A stretch of 64,000 bases of DNA, taken from assembly GCF_018350175.1 (NCBI RefSeq), contig NC_058383.1, positions 20,400,001-20,464,000 of the forward strand. The letters run 5' to 3'. A model generated the notes under the pieces. The model was not told the DNA's origin. It worked only from the letters and a program-made list of their open reading frames with translations, and searched no databases. The stretch is from Felis catus. Lineage: Eukaryota. The position numbers and the translations under genes are program-made. The stretch's first letter is position 1. Every line of letters starts with the position of its first letter. Positions 49,140 through 60,725 of this stretch are shown piece after piece.

Positions 49140-49669
49140 GACTTCAGAGCAAAACTTCTTGAACACATTGTCTATTCTTGCTGGATAGATGTGTGGATCA
49201 ACTTCCACACGTCTCTTTTTCTTTTCATTTTACTTCGATCTAGTTAGATTTTCGCAACGTCACTGACACGATTTAAAATCACCGAGGCTCTCCCCACCTC
49301 GCCATGTTGCCAAATCCAGGGGGCACAGAGGTCCCAGTTGACTCTGCAATGCCTCTCTGAGCTGCTGGAATGCTATATTCTTCTGGGTTTCCCCCAGTCA
49401 CGCTGGCTGCCTCTTGTCAAATTCCTTTCTCGCACTTCTCTGCTTGACCTCTCCATGTCAGGACACCTCAGAGCCCTGTCCAGATACTCGTGTCATTTGC
49501 ACTCCACGCTCTCTTCTACATTCACGTCTCCAATTCAGACCTGAAAGCCGAGGTCCAGACATGCATGTTTAATTGTCTGGGTCCGGAGTCCACAACACCT
49601 CTTTAAAGGGAAAGATAGTACATATTTGTTGTGTTGCCAGTTCCAGAAGTAGAGTCCTGATAAGTTCTT

Positions 49670-49890
49670 GTTTTAAATTTTTATTGTTTTTTTTTAAGGT
49701 TTATTCATTTTTTGAGAGACAGAGAGTGAGTGGGGGAGGGGCAGAGAGAAAGGGAGACACAGAATCTGATGCAGGCTCCAGGCTCCGAGCCGTCAGCACA
49801 GAGCCTGATGCTGGGCTAGAACTCATGAACCGCAAGATCACGACCTGAGCCCAAGTTGGGCACTGAACCGACTGAGCCACCCAGGCGCCC
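49670..49890 (-). mobile_element. Can-SINE
   Basis: Full antisense body. Confidence 0.94.
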
Positions 49891-50134
49891 TGCTACAAAG
49901 TCTTTAGTAAAACAGGAGGAAATAAAACCCAGCGCATAAAGAATTACTCTAAAAGTGAGAACGTGAAATAAGCATGTTCACTCCACCTTTTTTTTTCTTT
50001 TTCTTTCTGTGGTCATGGTTTCTATCCATTTTCTTTAGTATAAATTTACTACTTTTCCCCTTGCAATTAATAAACATGTTTATTGTGGTCCACAGATCTA
50101 TCACACGATGTTTTAACCGTTTTAACTATCTTAT

Positions 50135-50352
50135 CTTATTTTATTTTCCGAAGTTAATTTACTTAGTTTGAGAGAAAGAGAGAGCATGAGCAGGGCAGGG
50201 GCAAAGAGAGAGGGAGAGAGAGAACCCTAAGCAGGCTCCATGCTGTCAGCACAGAGCCTGGCGCGGGGCTAGAACCCACGAACCATGAGATTGTGACCTG
50301 AGCCGAAACCAGGAGTCGGCTGCTCAAGTGACTGAGCCACCCGGGTGCCCCC
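50135..50352 (-). mobile_element. Can-SINE inside an antisense L1 3' fragment (~50100-50490)
   Basis: ttttaacta on both flanks; L1 motif gtgcgaccatcaccacc..cccaaactgaaact. Confidence 0.9.
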
Positions 50353-50723
50353 ATTTTAACTACTTCCAAATATTCAGTTCTATGGCACTAAGGACATTCA
50401 CCCTGCTGTGCGACCATCACCACCATCCATCTGCCGGAAATGTGCCTCATCCCAAACTGAAACTGTATGCCCATTAGCTACTGGCTCCCCATCTCTTGCT
50501 TCTCCTCTATTTCCTCCACCCTAACAAGAAGAAAGTCTAACAAGAGAAAACAGGTAGGAGTAGATTTGTGGGGAGTTCATGAAAACCTTCGTGTATTGAC
50601 GTCTGATTTGCCCAAGACATATGAAGCCGTAACGTCACTTGAGACTAAGAGGCACGTGGAATGGAAAGGAAGGGAAATTCTGAAACAGTCATCCACAGCA
50701 GAGGAAGTGGTCTTACTGGAGAA

Positions 50724-50880
50724 GTCTGTGAGTTCGAGCCCCGCCCTCAGGCTCTGTGCTGACAGCCCGGAGCCCGGAGCCCGCTTCGGATCCTGTGTCT
50801 CCCTCTCTCTCTGCCCCTCCCCCCGACTCTCTCTCTCTGTCTCAACAGAAATAAACATTAAAAATTTCAATAAAAAATAA
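50724..50880 (+). mobile_element. 5'-truncated Can-SINE
   Basis: Begins at gtctgtgagttcgagcccc; A tail present. Confidence 0.9.
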
Positions 50881-52258
50881 AAGAGCTTTTTGCCAGCATG
50901 AGATAATCGTCAGGGATTCACCTGGATATTCATGTGCCTCACTTTGAGAGGCGATTCTAAGGTACGCCGAGTCAGTATTAAGCCTCTTTCAAAATCTAAC
51001 TTGTACCTGCTCAAGTTCTCTCCAATTAAAACAACAACAACAACAATCTATTAGGGCCTTGAGAGAAAATAACTATATAGTAAATGTTGGCTTCCTCCCC
51101 AGTGGCCGTTTATCTTATCGAAAAGTTGCTATGTGGTTTGGGTGAAATTGACTCTACTTGGGTTGATCAGCATAATGCCATCCCCTCTGGACACACGTGC
51201 CTTAGAGTCAGGAGGGCCAACTAAGTTATACCGATCAGAGTGACACTCGGGACTCTTTACGCTTGGGAAAAGAGAGGCTCTCGCAGGCTCGGATATGAAG
51301 TCTAGACCTGCTTCAGCTCCCTGGCCTTATCCTTGAGGACACAGTCAGGAGCACAAGCCTGCAGGATGACAAAGATTGAAGAAGAATCCTCATCAAACAA
51401 TGCCTGCAACCTAATGACTCCAGGCTTCGTATGGGAGCCCCTAAACTCCATAGCTAATTCAGTGGGTTTAGCTTTTCAGGAGATTGCACCGGAAAACATC
51501 CTCACTACTACAAAAATATTTGACACGGCCCCTTCTGTGCCCAAGTCAAACACAGCCACAGCAGAGCATCTCAGGCTGGATGATGATATTCAACCAAGGC
51601 CGAAGCATGAGCCAAGCGGACGTTCAGTTTCCCGCCATGCTTGGGCGAAAGCTCTCCACGTGGCCGTTCTCCGGGAAAATAACCGAAGGCCGAGTGGCCT
51701 GAAGGTGTCACTCGAGTTTAGATGCACCCGTCCTCACAAACATCGCCCCGGCACTGCCCGACAGGCAGCGGCCTGCTTCCGCAAACACACTTGACCACCA
51801 TCCAGAAGGTTCTTCTCTGCATGTGCAAGCCTCTTCCAACGTTATTTTTTCTTCAGGCTCCGGCTCTGTGAGATCTGAGCTGATTTCAGCTGTTAGATTG
51901 TGAAATATTGCTTGCTCCGATGCCCCCAGGGAGCTCCGCGGAGAGGCCGCCTGCAGCTGATTAGGTCAGAAACGCAGCCGTATCAAACAGGCCTATTGAC
52001 AATCCAGCTTGAAAGCCAACGGTTTCCCTTGCCTATTAGGCTTGTCGCGCTGGCCTCATCACTGTGTGCACCTAATGAGGAGTAAGACTCAGGAAACGTT
52101 CATGGAAGAACGGTACCTCCCTCTAACTTGGCATCCATGCTCGCTGTTGCATAAAGCCCCATCCGATTTACCCACAGAAAGGAAAGCTGGTGTTTGAGCC
52201 GCTCTAGGATCTAGGAGTGGAAGCAACCCGACCAGACTCTGCTTTAGAAAGCTGCCTT

Positions 52259-52490
52259 GGGATGCCTGGGTGGCTCAGTGGGTTAAGCGTCCCACTTCAG
52301 CTCAGGTCATGATCTCACGGTCTGTGAGTTCGAGTGCCGCGTCGGGCTCTGTGCGGACGGCTCAGAGCCTGGAGCCTGCTTCGGGTTCTGTGTCTCCCTC
52401 TCTCTCTCTGCCCTTTCCCCCACTCGTGCCTTGTCTCTCACTGTCTCTCAAATATGAATAAACGTTAAAAGAAAAAAAAAAGAAAAAAAA
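52259..52490 (+). mobile_element. Can-SINE
   Basis: Full body; aaagctg on both flanks. Confidence 0.95.
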
Positions 52491-52939
52491 AGCTGGCCTT
52501 ACCAGACTCAGGAGCAAGTGGGACCCAGGATCCTCAGCAAGTGAAATCCTCTTGGCCAGTGTTTTACTTAATAAAAACTGAGTTTTTGCTCTTGGCTTCC
52601 TTAGCTCCGTTTGGCAAGTAGGTTTTTTAACTGCAACTCGCAGAACAGCTCTTTCCAGAAAATAAGACACGAGGTACCCAAACCACCGGGAGCTCCATTT
52701 ACCCCATTTGCCTAGAAACAGTATTTTAGATATAGGTCTATTTTACAGATTAGTTAAGCTATGGTGTTAAATAGCTTCTCCAAAGTCACAGAGCTAATAA
52801 ATGTTGTAGCTGAAATTTAACCTGAGGGGCCTTCTGAGAGCAAACTCTTCCTCTTATAACTATGGTTCTCAACCTTGGCTGTACATTGGAATCACCTGGA
52901 AACCTTGTTTTTTTTTTTTAAAAAGAAATTACTGATGGA

Positions 52940-53061
52940 GGGGTGCCTGGGTGTCTCAGTCGGTTAAGTGTCCGACTCTGGGTTTCAGCTCAGGTCATGA
53001 TCTCATGGTTCGTGAGTTTGAGCCCTGCATTGGGCTCTGTGCTGATAGCACAGAGAGTGCT

Positions 53062-53099
<38 letters not shown>

Positions 53100-53170
53100 G
53101 CCCCTCCCCCGCTCACATGCACACACATAGTCTCTCTCTGTCTCTCAAAATAAATAAATAAACGTTTTAA
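52940..53170 (+). mobile_element. Can-SINE inserted in a MER5-type element
   Basis: Preceded by tggttctcaaccttggctgtacattggaatcacctgg (52863-52899). Confidence 0.9.
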
Positions 53171-53639
53171 ATAATTATCATTACAGAGATCCTATCCAAG
53201 GTCCTATCCTATTCATTCGAACATTTCAGAGTGGGGCTTGGAAAAACGTGTTTTATTGCCTCTCCCCAGATGGGCTTGAATTGCTTCTGGGGATGAGAAC
53301 AGTGGAGCAATCGCAGATTCTCAAACAGTATCGCGTATACAAATCATTCCACGTGCGTACAGATGATGGAGGAATGTTGTGAAAATGCACGTCCTGATTC
53401 GGTAGCTCTTCCCCAGAAACAATGCTTAATCTGGACACCCGGTAGCCAGTTAAGGGGACCCAGAAGTTAACCATCACACTGTAGCACATAAACTAGACCT
53501 AAGTCAATCAATGTATCCCACACCCCTGCACCAAGACTGTCTCCAGAACGGGCATGTGAGGAGCCTTGTGACCCAAACAGAGTAAAACAAAACAAAGCAA
53601 AACAAAGAAACAGAGAGTCTTTTGCTTCTGGAGACAAGC

Positions 53640-53940
53640 AAGTCGTGCTTTCCCATTGAGACTGAACGTGATCGCATGTAAAGAGGACCTGCTGTATTCA
53701 TCTTGCTTTCTGAGGGGGAGCCTGGAGTCACTGAGCCTGAGAATGAAACCGACGCAATACTAAAACTGAAAGATGGAGACAAAGCAAAACCCTGGGTTCT
53801 TTGCTTGGCCCCTGGATCCAGCCATGCCTGAACACATCCCCCACGGATTTTCTAGGATGTGAGCCAACTTGGATTTTGCACAAGCCAGTCTGGGTGGAGT
53901 CCTCTTCCACTTGGAATCAAATGGGACTTCCCTGAAGTAG
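53640..53940 (+). mobile_element. MaLR LTR (MLT1J/K-like)
   Basis: gcctgagaatgaaacc..cccctggatccagccatgcctgaa..tgtgagccaa. Confidence 0.6.
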
Positions 53941-54008
53941 CTGGTACTCGGAAGGCAGTTCAGGTTTACCCCACGACAATATGGAAACTGATCTAAAACC
54001 TGAAAAGA

Positions 54009-54235
54009 GGGGCGCCTCGGTGGCTCGGTCAGTTAAACATCTGGCTTTGCCGCAGGTCGTGATCTCACGGTTCGTGAGTCCAAGCCCCGCATCGGGCTCT
54101 GTGCTGACAGCTCAGAACCTGGGGCCTGCCTTGGATTCTGTGCCTCCCTCTCTCTCTGTCCATCTCCTGCTCACGTGCTATCTCTCTCTCTCTCTCTCAA
54201 AAATTATAAATAAACATTTAAAAAAATTGTTTTAA
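54009..54235 (+). mobile_element. Can-SINE
   Basis: TSD aaacctgaaaaga. Confidence 0.94.
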
Positions 54236-54379
54236 ACCTGAAAAGAATGTACCTAAAAACTGGTATGTTGGCAGCAAAAACTACCCCCTTCTGGGTATTC
54301 TTCACCACTTCACAAGGCATTAGAAGACGAGAGTATGGTTTGCAGTGACAGCTGTCTTATATAAGAATAAGAAACCGTT

Positions 54380-54598
54380 TTCTTTTTTTTTTTTTAATGT
54401 TTATTTATTTTTGAGACAGAGAGAGACAGAGCATGAACGGGGGAGGGGCAGAGAGACAGGGAGACACAGAATCGGAAACAGGTTCCAGGCTCCGAGCCGT
54501 CAGCCCGGAGCCCGACACGGTGCTCGAACTCATGGACTGTGAGATCGTGACCCGGGCCGAAGTCGGACGCTCAACCGACTGAGCCACCCAGGCGCCCC
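54380..54598 (-). mobile_element. Can-SINE
   Basis: cgttttct on both flanks. Confidence 0.95.
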
Positions 54599-54816
54599 GC
54601 GTTTTCTTAAGCCATTATCAAAATATTGGGTCGGTTTGGAACACTCTCCCTAGACCTATACCCGCTCACCCTACATCTTCATCAGACCCGTTCGTGGCCA
54701 TCCAGTGACTACAAGAACTATGAGTTGGGGTATTTTTTGAAAGATCCATCACAATTTCCTTCATACACTGAAACCATCATGTAGCATTTTGTTCGTTACA
54801 AACTGTTAATTTTGTA

Positions 54817-55030
54817 ACGGTTCTCAGTCAGGGGCTACTTGGTCCCCGAAGAACACCTGGCAATATGCGGAGACATTCTGTGCTGTGCTGGAGGAGGGGC
54901 TGCTTTTGGCATCCAGTGGACCAAGATTGCCCAAATGTGGCTAACCATCCTATCCTGCACTCGAGAGCCTTCAAAGCAAGAACTATTTAGCCCCAAATAA
55001 CAACAGTGCCAAGGGTGAGAGCCCTTAGCT
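54817..55030. mobile_element. MER20-like hAT-Charlie MITE
   Basis: ggttctcagtcagggg..tggcaatatgcggagacatt..tggcatccagtgg..aacagtgccaagggtgagagccct. Confidence 0.75.
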
Positions 55031-55084
55031 AGAGGTCTGATTACGTTTGAAGACTTTCACCTAGATACTAATCGTGTTTTTAAG

Positions 55085-55523
55085 TTTACTTTTAGTGTTT
55101 ATTTATTTTAGAGACAGAGAGACAGAGCATAAGCGGGGAGGGGCAGAGAGAGCCGGAGACAGAATCTGAAGCAGGATCCAGGCTCTGAGCTGTCAGCATA
55201 GATCCCGATACGGGGCTTGAACCCCCGAACTGTGGGATCGTGACCTGAGCCAAAGTTGGACACTTAACCGACTGAGCCACCCAGGCGCCCCTTGTGTTTA
55301 ATTTTTAAAGTCTTTTTTAAAAAAAATGTTTACTTATTTATTTTGAAAAAGAGAGAGAGAGAGAGAACACACACTCATGCAAGCAGGGGAGGGGCAGAGA
55401 GCGAGGGAGACAGAAGACCCCAAGGAGTTTCTGCTCTGCCAGCACAGAGCCTGATGCAGAGCTCGATCTCACAAGCCATGAGATGATGCCCTGAGGCAAC
55501 CGACTGAGCCACTCAGGCACCCC
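55085..55523 (-). mobile_element. Two tandem antisense Can-SINEs (55085-55291, 55305-55523)
   Basis: Two gactgagccac..ggc(g/a)cccc ends. Confidence 0.93.
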
Positions 55524-55529
55524 TAAATT

Positions 55530-56925
55530 TTAAAAATTACATATATCTAATTATATATTTTTTATAAATTATAAATATATATGTATACCTATTATGAACA
55601 TATATGTGTGTATATGTAGACAGCGTATATAGAGAATATATCCGTATGCATATACACATAGAGAGAATATAGACTAAGTAGTAGATAGATGATAAAGACA
55701 TAAAGAAAGAGAAATAATTATGATATATGTGCATACATGGGTTCTATGCATATCTTCCCTAGTTCTGTCTTCAGAGAAGTCCCAGACAGTGACAGTCCTG
55801 TAGCAAGGGCAAACCCCTGCCCAGATCTTGGTTTCTAAGTATCCTTCTTAGAGAAGAGACCGATTCTATGGCTGGGGCAGGAAATATACAAGATGAGATT
55901 GTAATATCTTATGGTTCCAGAAAGTAAGGAAGCGTTAAAAAAAAATAAACAAAAAACCGAACAAACAAAAAACAGTAACAGGGACATGCCACAGGGATAC
56001 AGAAGCCAACCGGAGAGAATGCCCAATGGCCGGGGCTAGAACAATTTGGGTGACAAAATAAGCCAGTGGTAGATTACAACCCGAAGTAAAAATAAATATA
56101 CACAAGCTCATACTGATATAAATAAATGACTGAAATAAATGACTGATATAAATAAGTGTTTTAAAAATGAGAGAGAAGAGACAAATCTTCTCCGCAGAAG
56201 AATTCCAAATAATATAGGTATATATTCCGCCGTCCAGGAGGTCAAGCTTAAACCTCCCCATCCTCAAATGTGGGCTGCACTCAGCGATTCACTTCCAAAG
56301 AACAGAGGACAGAAAAGGAAAAACAGTAACTTCTACTGGAGAAACCTGACAGACACCCACTTAACCAGGCGATCAGAGTTAACGTCACCAGTGAGTGTTG
56401 GTACCATATACATACATCCCAGCGATGGAAAGAGAAGGGCACATCACCTCTGGTCTTATTCCCCAACGTCCACGGTCTTGTTGTCATCCAAGAAAAACAT
56501 GGGACAAACCTAAATCGAGTGACATCAAACAAAATACTTGACCAGTACTCTTCAAAATTATCAAGGTCGGGAAAACCCAGGAAAGACAGGGCAACTGACA
56601 TAGACCCTATGACATAGACCAGAGAAGGCTCAGGCTCAGGATGCCTGATGACAAAAAAACAACATGGCATCCTGAATTGGATCCTGGAACAGCAAACGGA
56701 CGTTAGTCCCAAAAAACGAAACAAACAAAAACAAACAAACAAACCACAACTAACAAAATACCAATGAAGTCTGGGGTTAATTAATAATAATGTACTAATG
56801 TCAGTTCCTTAGTTTTGACAAGTGGTTACATGAGATATTAACAATAGGGTTAGATAGTCTATGTTATCTCTGCAAAAACCTTTCTGTAAAACCTAACCTT
56901 GTTCCAAAGTAAAGATTTTATTTAA
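55530..56925 (+). mobile_element. Old L1MC-type 3'UTR
   Basis: cccagatcttggtttctaa, ggctggggcaggaaatatacaagatgag, cagaagaattccaaataat, tcctgaattggatcctggaacag. Confidence 0.8.
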
Positions 56926-56940
56926 AATATGTCATTCCAG

Positions 56941-57140
56941 GGGCACCTGGCTGGCTCAGTCAGCTAAGCGGCTGACTTCAGCTCAGGTGATGATCTTGCG
57001 GTCCACGCGTTCCAGCCCCGCGTCAGGCTCGGTGCTGACAGCCTAGAGCCTGGAGCCTGCTTGGGATCCCTCTCTCCCTGCCCCTCCTTCCCTCACACTC
57101 TGTCTCTCAAAAATTAATAAATTAAAAAAAATTTTTTTTA
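56941..57140 (+). mobile_element. Can-SINE
   Basis: Flanks aatatgtcattcca / aatatgtaatttccca. Confidence 0.92.
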
Positions 57141-58663
57141 ATATGTAATTTCCCAGGATTAAACTATGTGGCATTGGGGGTGGGGGGGATTTTGCCAGTG
57201 GATTTCAGCATTCGGCCGGGGCTGAGAACCACCCCCCCAACACCACTTGAGAACGCAGTCTTCCGCACCAGCCTCCACGGGTACATGTATGCAAACACAC
57301 GAACACATACTTCCAATGTTTGCTCTAAGCTGACCCATACTGAACACATTATTTTACTAGTTCTCTGCATGTGGCTGCATCATGTCCCATCGCCGTATGC
57401 ATAAGCCCCGGTTCAGTCAATCACTCTTTTCTCGATAGATATTCCTTTCGCCGCATTCTGGTTTCCGTATGCCTCGCCGTCCTGTTCCATCAAACATGTC
57501 CGTGCTGTTGATTTTAATGCTTCAGGCTACAGTGCTTATGGATGGTTTTGCGATCCCTCCCCGACAAAGGGTGTATCTTCCCTTTTTGTCTGTTGTAAAT
57601 CCTTTTCCGTTCCCCGTGGAACGAAGGCACTTTCTGAAGGGTTGCCCACATTTCTGGTTTGGGATTCACTCTTCGCCCTTCTCAAGCCCTAAGCTGCAAA
57701 CCCATTGTCCCCTGTGCACTGGGGCGAGAGGCACTGTGGGTTGCCTGGCAACATAGGGGCAGTGAAGAGAGGAGAAGGGGACAGTGTGCCAGACCGGTCA
57801 GAAACACGCTCACAGGGTGGAGGAGGGGACTGGGGGAAATCCACATGGGGCCCAGACATGCCGATGGACGGTCCAGACACCTTCCAGGAAGCCCTCCGGC
57901 TCCTGTCTTATTATTATAAGATGTAAATCGGGGATTTTTTTTTATATTATTATTATTGTATGTAACACATACAATCTGATTATGTAACTCAGACCCCAGC
58001 CCCTCCCTGCCCCCTGCCTCCTGCCTCCTCTAACTCTTCCGTGATTTTCACTTTCACTTTGAATAAAACAGAACCTCCACACCGTGGCCTCGAGGACCTG
58101 TATTTCCTGCTTTCGCCGCTACTCCTCTGGCCTCGTGTCTCATGTCTCGCCTCGGCCCCTTCTCACTTGCGACCCTCCGCTCCCGCTCGCTCCCAACTCC
58201 GTGTCCTTGTACTTGCGTTTCTTTGAGTGTTTGAACGACGGCCACCATGTCCTCTCTCAATTCCCACCTATGTGGCCAGCTCCACAGGCGGGCCCCCCGT
58301 CACAACCCTCTCCTTTGGAAACCCGTCGATGCCAATGCGCAGCATTCATTCCCTTCCTTGCACATTTCACCAGCTGTAAATGCTCCTCTTTGACGACGCC
58401 TGCTTCGCCAGACTGAAGCTCCCTGAGAGCAGGGACCTGCTCCATCTCTGTATCCCTACCATCTGAGAGGTAATACACCCAATAAATATTTATCGGATGG
58501 ATAAACAAATGTATCAATAACTCGGAAATGTCTGAGATATTCCCTCCTTGCAAGCTAACAAGTTAGCCTGCCATGCATGGTGGTAGAAGACACAAGACTT
58601 CTGGGCCAGAAATCAAGGAGAGTTTATTACTCACAGTAACAGCAATACAAGACGATCAGGAAA

Positions 58664-58829
58664 GGGGCGCCTGGGTGGCTCCGTGGGTTAAGTCCGACTT
58701 CGGCTCAGGTCGTGATCTCGAGGGTCCTAAGTTTAAGCCTCACGTCGGGCTCTGTGCTGACAGCTCAGAGCCCGGAACCTGCTTTGGTTTCTGTGTCTCC
58801 CCTTTCTCTGCCCTTCTTCCCCTGCTCAT

Positions 58830-58873
<44 letters not shown>

Positions 58874-58900
58874 TCAAAAGTAAATAAACATTAAAAAAAG
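58664..58900 (+). mobile_element. Can-SINE inside a probable ERVL LTR remnant (~58530-59015)
   Basis: SINE clear; host ccttgcaagctaacaagttagcctgcc..tttattactcacag resembles old ERVL LTRs (weaker call). Confidence 0.88.
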
Positions 58901-59312
58901 AGAATTAGGGCCAGTCTATCCTGAACTACTGTTTAAACAGAAGTGACACAGTAACAGTGACTCCAGACCTTGAGTTTTTCTAAAATAGTCTTACATGTCC
59001 TGGAGAATTCCCACAATAGGTTTGGAAGTGGGAGGCCCTATCCAACTCCCAGAGATGGGAACTGGTGGTCTGTAAAGCAACAGGCCCCCAGACACATAGC
59101 CTAGGATCAAGGCGAAATTCTTGGGAGGTAGGGGGGCAACAATTAATACAAAGTAGAGTGAACATCGGAGTCTGTGACCTGGGAAAATCGCAGTGATACG
59201 AAGCTATGAAGCTCTATGAAGCCGGGGCGGGGGAGGGGGGTGCAGGAGGGTTACCTTGCTCATTTTGTGTCCCCAGACCCTGTACTGTGTCTGCATATAG
59301 AAAGCTCTCATT

Positions 59313-59393
59313 GGGCACCTGCTGGGATGAGCCCTGGGTGTTGTATGGAAACCAATCTGACAATAAATTTCACGTCTTAAAAAAAAAAAAGGA
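59313..59393 (+). mobile_element. Extremely 5'-truncated felid L1 (last ~80 bp)
   Basis: gggcacctgctgggatgagccctgggtgttgtatgga matches the L1 3'UTR at ~23033-23068; polyA; perfect 14-bp TSD agaaagctctcatt. Confidence 0.92.
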
Positions 59394-60049
59394 AGAAAGC
59401 TCTCATTCGTTATTTCTGAAATGAAGGACCAGCTATCGGAAGAAATAAAAAAAAACAAAAGAAGGTTTTGACTTTGTTTCTCAAAGGCACATGGTTTCTA
59501 TCTGGATGGCGGGGCGGGGGTGAAGGGGGAGGTACCGGGAGGCGGGGCGGCGTCCCACGTCCTGGAAATCTCAACAGCTACACCTTGGCTCCCGTCTCCA
59601 GGCCTCAACATGGAGAACACACTTGAACATCCTATTTTGGCTACATTTTCCTGAGAATGAAGGGAAACCTCAACTCGGTCTTTAGGAGGCTCAGCTGGAT
59701 GACACTGAAGACAGCAGGCGCAGAGAGAACCCGACTGGGTGGTTAACTGTTATGGCAGGAGAGAGACAAGCACTCGCGTCTTTACCCTGAGGTTGGAAAG
59801 CCCTCCCCTTCCAGTTTTAATTAGGAAAACTGATGGCAAAGCTCTGAAGAATCCATGACTTGCAGGTACAGCGGGGAAGAATGGAAGTTGGCAATTTCCG
59901 CGAACACTAAGCGATCTCCATTGTTGGGAGCTGCCCTGGAGATACTCCTGCACATTACCTCAGCATTATTTACTTTCATGAAAAACTAGGGACAACCTTA
60001 ATACCCATTAGGAGGGGAACAGCTAAGCAAAACAGAATGGAATATTTAA

Positions 60050-60265
60050 AAAAAAATTGTTTAATGTTTATTCATTTTTGAGAGAGACAGAGACAGAATG
60101 CGAGTGGGTTAGGGGCAGAGAGAGAGGGAGGCACAGAATCCGAAGCAGGCTCCAGGCTCCGAGCTGTCAGCCCAGAGCCTGACGCGAGGCTCGAACTCAC
60201 GAGCTGTGAGATCATGACCTGATTCGAAGTCAGATGGTCAACCGACTGAGCCACCCAGGTGCCCC
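60050..60265 (-). mobile_element. Can-SINE
   Basis: TSD cagaatggaat. Confidence 0.95.
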
Positions 60266-60471
60266 AGAATGGAATGTTTTTTAATATTAATAATAAGATG
60301 CACAGAGACCCTATTTGTTTTCATACATGCGATGAATGCTTCCTTAGCTGATAACTGCTACCTCTGGGTATGGGGAGAAGAGACTGAGATTGGACTGGTG
60401 ATCAAAAGAGAGGTTAGCATAAGGCTAACATGAAAAATGTTTTAATTTTATGGGAGAATGGGTACACATGC

Positions 60472-60725
60472 AATGTAGCCTAGTGGTCAGGGAGGTGCAT
60501 AATCTTTAGTGGCCGACACCTGAATTCGAATCCCGGCTTTGCCGATAACTAGCTGTGTGACCTTAGGCACACTGCTCAACCTCGCTGTGCCCCCTTTCCT
60601 CATGTGGAACTTGGGATAATAATACTATCTGCTTTGCTGAGCACTGTAGAGATTTAAAGCACGAATGCAAGTAAATGTTTAGAAAGATGCCTAGCACATA
60701 GTAAGCCATCAACAAATAGAAGCTG
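60472..60725 (+). mobile_element. Near full-length MIR
   Basis: tagcctagtggtcagg..ttcgaatcccggc..ctagctgtgtgacctt..gcctagcacatagtaagc. Confidence 0.85.

Noticed and set aside
51333..51794. 153-aa ORF (also 44389-44682 and 12477-12717)
   Set aside because: No recognisable homology or convincing splice context; cannot be excluded without BLAST or RNA-seq.
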